64,000 bases of DNA from an uncultured Actinomycetota bacterium (GTDB lineage: Bacteria > Actinomycetota > Actinomycetes > Mycobacteriales > SCTD01), in the NCBI GenBank assembly GCA_963806415.1, contig CAWDYD010000005.1, positions 1,540,287-1,604,286 on the forward strand, in the 5' to 3' direction. Position 1 is the first letter of the stretch. Each line of letters begins with the position of its first letter. Shown here one piece after another: positions 60,018-64,000 of this stretch. The translations under genes were made by a program, and so were the position numbers. The notes under the pieces are model-generated. The model saw only the letters and a list, made by a program, of their open reading frames with translations, did no database searches and had not been told where the DNA came from.

Positions 60018-61400
60018 ATGGGCACCACGCACCGGCACCGCGTCGTCGTCGTCGGCTCCGGCTTCGGCGGCCTGTTCGCGACCCAGCGGCTGAAGAAGGC
60101 CGACGTCGAGGTCACGCTGATCGCCCGGACCGCGCACCACCTGTTCCAGCCGCTGCTCTACCAGGTCGCCACCGGCATCCTGTCCGAGGGCGAGATCGCA
60201 CCGGCCACCCGTGAGGTGCTGCGCCGCCAGCGCAACGCGTCGGTGCTGCTCGGCGAGGTGACCGGGATCGACCTGGCCGCACGCACGGTCACCTCCGAGA
60301 CCGCGATCGGCGAGGCCGTCACGCCCTACGACAGCCTGATCGTCGCCGCCGGCGCGACGCAGTCCTACTTCGGCAACGACCGGTTCGCCGAGTACGCGCC
60401 GGGCCTGAAGAGCATCGACGACGCCCTGGAGCTGCGCGGGCGCATCTTCGGCGCGTTCGAGCTCGCCGAGCTCTCCGAGGACCCGGCGCAGGTCGACCGG
60501 CTGCTGACCTTCGCCGTGATCGGCGCCGGCCCGACCGGCGTCGAGATGGCCGGCCAGATCGCCGAGCTCGCCCGGCGGGCGCTGCCCGGTGACTTCCGGC
60601 GGATCGACCCGCGCACCGCACGGGTGGTGCTGGTCGACGGCGCCGACGCGGTGCTCGGCTCGTTCGGCAGCAAGCTCTCCGGCATCGCCGCAGCCCACCT
60701 GCGCGCCCTCGGCATCGAGGTGCAGCTCGGCGCGATGGTCGTCGACGTCGACGCCACCGGGCTCGTGGTGCAGGACGTCGACGGCGGGCGGCGCCGGATC
60801 GACGCGGTCACGAAGGTCTGGGCGGCCGGCGTGCAGGCCAGCCCGCTCGGCGCCCTGCTCGCCGAGCAGTCCGGCGCGGGGCTGGACCGGGCCGGCCGCG
60901 TCCAGGTCCAGCCCGACCTCACGCTGCCCGGTCACCCGGAGGTGTTCGTCGTCGGCGACCTGGCCGCACAGGGCCTGCCGGGCGTCGCGCAGGTGGCGAT
61001 CCAGGGGGGCAGGTACGCCGCCGACACTGTCCGCAGCCGGCAGGAGGGGCGGCCGCCGCCCGGCCCGTTCGCCTACCGCGACAAGGGCAACATGGCGACG
61101 ATCAGCCGCTTCCAGGCCGTCGCCAGCATCGGCGAGCGGATCCGGATGGCCGGTTTCGTGGCCTGGCTGATGTGGCTGGCCGTGCACCTGGTCTACATCA
61201 TCGGCTTCAAGAACCGGCTGACGACGCTGCTGCACTGGGCGGTGAGCTTCCTCGGCCGCGGGAGGTCCGAGCGGACCGCCACCTCGCAGCAGGTGGCCGC
61301 GCGCACCGCCCTGGTCCGGCTGGGGATGCCCGGGCCCACCGGTCCGGACCAGGTGCTGCGGGACGCGGCCGAGGCGTCCCGCGCACGCGGGGACGGCTGA
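60018..61400 (+). CDS. ndh: type II NADH dehydrogenase (NDH-2) family FAD-dependent oxidoreductase
   Basis: ATG 60018, 460 aa. Motifs: VVVVGSGFGG, HLFQPLLYQVATG, the second dinucleotide site AVIGAGPTGVE, and VFVVGD. Confidence 0.88.
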   Translation: MGTTHRHRVVVVGSGFGGLFATQRLKKADVEVTLIARTAHHLFQPLLYQVATGILSEGEIAPATREVLRRQRNASVLLGEVTGIDLAARTVTSETAIGEAVTPYDSLIVAAGATQSYFGNDRFAEYAPGLKSIDDALELRGRIFGAFELAELSEDPAQVDRLLTFAVIGAGPTGVEMAGQIAELARRALPGDFRRIDPRTARVVLVDGADAVLGSFGSKLSGIAAAHLRALGIEVQLGAMVVDVDATGLVVQDVDGGRRRIDAVTKVWAAGVQASPLGALLAEQSGAGLDRAGRVQVQPDLTLPGHPEVFVVGDLAAQGLPGVAQVAIQGGRYAADTVRSRQEGRPPPGPFAYRDKGNMATISRFQAVASIGERIRMAGFVAWLMWLAVHLVYIIGFKNRLTTLLHWAVSFLGRGRSERTATSQQVAARTALVRLGMPGPTGPDQVLRDAAEASRARGDG

Positions 61401-61412
61401 CCTCGAGGCCCC

Positions 61413-62111
61413 TCAGGTCGGCGGGACGCGCAGCACGTACCCGACACCGCGCAGCGTGTGCAGCAGGCGCGGCTCGCCGGTGTCGACCTTGCGGCGCAGG
61501 TAGGAGACGTAGGACTCGACGACGTTGGCGTCGCCCCCGAAGTCGTAGTGCCAGACGTGGTCCAGGATCTGCGCCTTGCTGAGCACCCGCCCCGGGTTCT
61601 GCAGGAAGTACCGCAGCAGGTTGAACTCGGTCGGCGACAGCGGCACCGGCACGCCGGCCTTCCACACCTCGTGGCTGTCCTCGTCGAGCTCGACGTCGGC
61701 GAAGACCAGCCGGGGCGAGGCCGGGCCGGCGGTCGCACCGGCGCGGCGCAGCACCGCACGGATCCGGGCGACGACCTCCTCCAGGCTGAACGGTTTCGTG
61801 ACGTAGTCGTCGCCGCCCAGCGTCAGGCCGGTCACCTTGTCCTGCGTGCCGTCCCGGGCGGTGAGGAACACCACCGGCACCTTGGCGCCCTCCCCGCGGA
61901 GCCGGCGGACCACCTCGAAGCCGTCCAGGCCGGGCAGCATCACGTCCAGCACGACCAGGTCGGGGCGGAACGTCCGGGCGACCTGCACGGCCTGCAGCCC
62001 GTCGGCGGCGGTCGCCACCTCGAAGCCGGAGAACCGCAGCGCGACGCTCAGCAGCTCGAGGATGTTCGGCTCGTCGTCCACCACCAGCAGCCGCGCTTCG
62101 GCCTGCGTCAC
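61413..62111 (-). CDS. OmpR-family response regulator
   Basis: 232 aa and intact. It has the receiver RLLVVDDEPNILELL...VVLDVMLPGLDG...KPF and a winged-helix tail ending LRGVGYVL. Confidence 0.92.
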   Translation of the reverse strand: MTQAEARLLVVDDEPNILELLSVALRFSGFEVATAADGLQAVQVARTFRPDLVVLDVMLPGLDGFEVVRRLRGEGAKVPVVFLTARDGTQDKVTGLTLGGDDYVTKPFSLEEVVARIRAVLRRAGATAGPASPRLVFADVELDEDSHEVWKAGVPVPLSPTEFNLLRYFLQNPGRVLSKAQILDHVWHYDFGGDANVVESYVSYLRRKVDTGEPRLLHTLRGVGYVLRVPPT

Positions 62112-62217
62112 GTCCGGTCTCCTCCGCTCGGTGTCCGGGCAGCATGGCCGAGCCGGCTGTGAGCCCGCTGGAAGCGACGTCCAGCCGGCTCACAGGACGG
62201 CCCGGCAGACTCGGGCC

Positions 62218-63625
62218 GTGACCCGACCCCGCCCCGCCCGCGTGCCGCTGCGGGTACGGCTGGTCGCCTCCGTCGTGGTCCTCGTGGCGCTGGGGCTGCT
62301 CGTCAGCGGCCTGGCCGCGACGACCCTGCTGCGCAGCTACCTGCAGGACCGGCTGGACGGCGAGCTGCGGGCCGCCGCCACCGCCCTGGTCGGCGACGGT
62401 GACGGGGACCGGCCGGGCCCGCTCGGCCGGGGCGGTCCGCGCGGCGGCCCGGGCGCGCTCAACCGGTTCTACGTGCAGGTCCGTGCCGCCGACGGTTCGG
62501 TGACCGCCGAGCTCGGCGTCGACGGGCCGCCGCCCGCGCTGCCGGCGGACCCGACGCCGGGGCGGCCGGTCACCACCGCGGCGACCGAGGGGGACGAGCG
62601 CTGGCGGGTGCTCGTGGTGCCGGTCGCCCGGGGCGGCCAGGTGGCCCTGGGTGCCCCGCTCGGGCAGGTCGACGCGCCCGTCGCCCGGCTGCTGGCCATC
62701 CAGGCCGGGGTCAGCCTCGTCGTGCTGACCGCGCTGGCCGGCGCGGCCTACGCCGTCGTCCGGAGCAGCCTGCGACCGCTGGACGACGTGGAGCGCACCG
62801 CCGCCGCGATCGCCGGCGGGGACCTGACCCGACGGGTGCCGCGCGAGGACGACCGCACCGAGGTCGGCCGGCTGGCCCGCGCCTTCAACGCGATGATCGG
62901 CCGGATCGAGGGCGCGTTCGGCGAGCAGCGCGCCTCGGAGGACCGGCTGCGCCGCTTCGTCGCCGACGCGAGCCACGAGCTGCGCACCCCGCTCACCAGC
63001 ATCCGCGGGTTCGCGGAGCTGCACCGGGCGGGCGCCGTCCCGGCCGGTCCGGAGCTGACCCGGGTGATGGGCCGGATCGAGGCCGAGGCGACCCGGATGG
63101 GCCAGCTGGTGGAGGAGATGCTGCTGCTCGCCCGGCTGGACGAGCACCGGCCGCTCGAGCGCACGCCCGGTCGACCTGCTGGCGCTGGCGTCCGACGCCG
63201 TCCACGACGCGCGCGCCGCCGACCCGGGCCGGCCGGTGGACCTGCAGGTCTCCGGCGACGCCGCGGTCGTGCTCGGCGACCCGGACCGGCTGCGCCAGGT
63301 CCTCGTCAACCTGCTCGGCAACGCCCTGGCGCACACCCCCGCCGGGACCGCGGTGCACGTCCGGGTCGGGGCGGCCGACGGCCTGGCCCGGGTCGAGGTC
63401 GCCGACGAGGGGCCCGGACTCGAGCCCGAGCAGGCCGAGCGCGTCTTCGAGCGCTTCTACCGGGCCGACCCGGCGCGCAGCCGGGCCGCGGGACGGGCCG
63501 GCGGCAGCGGCCTCGGGCTGTCGATCGTGCAGGCGGCCGTCGAGGCGCACGACGGCCGGGTCGGGGTCCGCAGCACCCCGGGGCGGGGCGCGACGTTCGT
63601 CGTGGAGCTGCCGCTCGCCGGGTGA
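62218..63625 (+). pseudogene. sensor histidine kinase, one frameshift; not in the ORF track because the shifted frame runs off the window
   Basis: GTG 62218. It has TM1 LVASVVVLVALGLLVSGLA, a HAMP domain and the H-box RFVADASHELRTPLTSIRGF. The sequence ...RPLERTP stops at a switch at ~63165 (an extra c in acgcccggtcgac). It continues VDLLALASDAV...LGNALAHTP...DEGPGL...GSGLGLSIV to stop 63625. The 1408-nt length is not a multiple of 3. Confidence 0.85.
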
Positions 63626-63635
63626 CCCGTCCGGG

Positions 63636-64000
63636 TCAGCGGGGCGCCACGAGCAGCGACTGGGCGCCGGCGGCGACGGTCCCGGACTGGTCGGAGAGCG
63701 TGCTCGTGGCGAGCCCGACGCCGCCGCGGCTGATCACGGTGGCGGCGTCCAGGCAGATCCACTCGCCGACCGCCTCGCGGTGCAGGTGGACGGTGAGCTC
63801 GGGGTTGATGAAGTGCCACGAGGCGAGGTCCAGCTCGGCCGAGATGCCGCTGCCGCTGTCGGCCACCGCGAGCACCCGCTGCAGGGGGGAGGGCTCCTCA
63901 CCGGGCACCAGCGGGTGCCGCAGCCGGGTCCAGGCGGCGCCCGGGCCGGCCGAGACGAAGCCGTCCCCCCGCACCACCCGCCACTCGACCGCGGCGAGGT
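63636..64000 (-). CDS. thioesterase-fold protein (acyl-CoA thioesterase-like), 5' end outside the window
   Basis: The stop is at 63636. The sequence is ...WHFINPELTVHLHREAVGEWICLDAATVISRGGVGLATSTLSDQSGTVAAGAQSLLVAPR. The frame stays open to the window edge, so the gene is partial. Confidence 0.5.
   Translation of the reverse strand, partial: LAAVEWRVVRGDGFVSAGPGAAWTRLRHPLVPGEEPSPLQRVLAVADSGSGISAELDLASWHFINPELTVHLHREAVGEWICLDAATVISRGGVGLATSTLSDQSGTVAAGAQSLLVAPR

Overview
This is a very GC-rich window, roughly 70% or more by eye, and looks like actinobacterial chromosome. The high GC generates many long Arg/Pro/Ala-rich shadow ORFs in the track, which I treat as spurious. I can support about 62 protein genes, one tRNA-Ser(TGA), one IS3-family element and a few regulatory repeats.

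Content from left to right:
- MoxR-vWA pair, Zn-ADH, TetR, HxlR and an MFS transporter
- Acyl-CoA synthetase, acyl-CoA dehydrogenase, HtrA protease and a CBS-BON protein
- An envelope-type cluster with an OmpR regulator, a histidine kinase, PAP2 and DedA
- S8 protease
- A catabolic-looking block: BVMO, acyl-CoA synthetase, SDR, VOC, a Liv-type ABC importer and a hydrolase
- Molybdopterin oxidoreductase with a divergent AraC regulator
- A PAS-GAF-PP2C sensor phosphatase
- Pirin, MFS and a methyltransferase
- A cobalt-type nitrile hydratase operon (beta, alpha, accessory protein, NicO-like transporter)
- A decayed integrative element: integrase remnant, orphan ORF, IS3, truncated xis and integrase, abutting tRNA-Ser
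- ADH and an ABC-2 exporter
- 5-oxoprolinase pxpBC/pxpA and a crcB pair
- DUF222-HNH
- Acyl-CoA synthetase and an Na+/H+ antiporter
- phaC plus three alpha/beta hydrolases
- TetR-MFS, ndh and a divergent two-component pair

The most striking thing is about 35 reading-frame breaks in 13-14 genes, which I found by reading across frames. They are strongly clustered in three zones of 1.5-2 kb: BVMO at 15.7-17.4 kb, PAS-GAF-PP2C at 31.1-33.0 kb, and pxp/crcB at 46.9-48.3 kb. The protein sequence within each correct frame stays intact.

Other observations worth a second look:
- A TCAAC-N6-GTTGA palindrome shared by two divergent promoter regions
- Several genes with no canonical start codon
- An unlisted 42-aa Lys-rich ORF
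- A 15-bp tandem repeat in front of phaC

I did not find a convincing novel multi-gene system such as a defence system. All family calls rest on motif recognition only, because no searches could be run.
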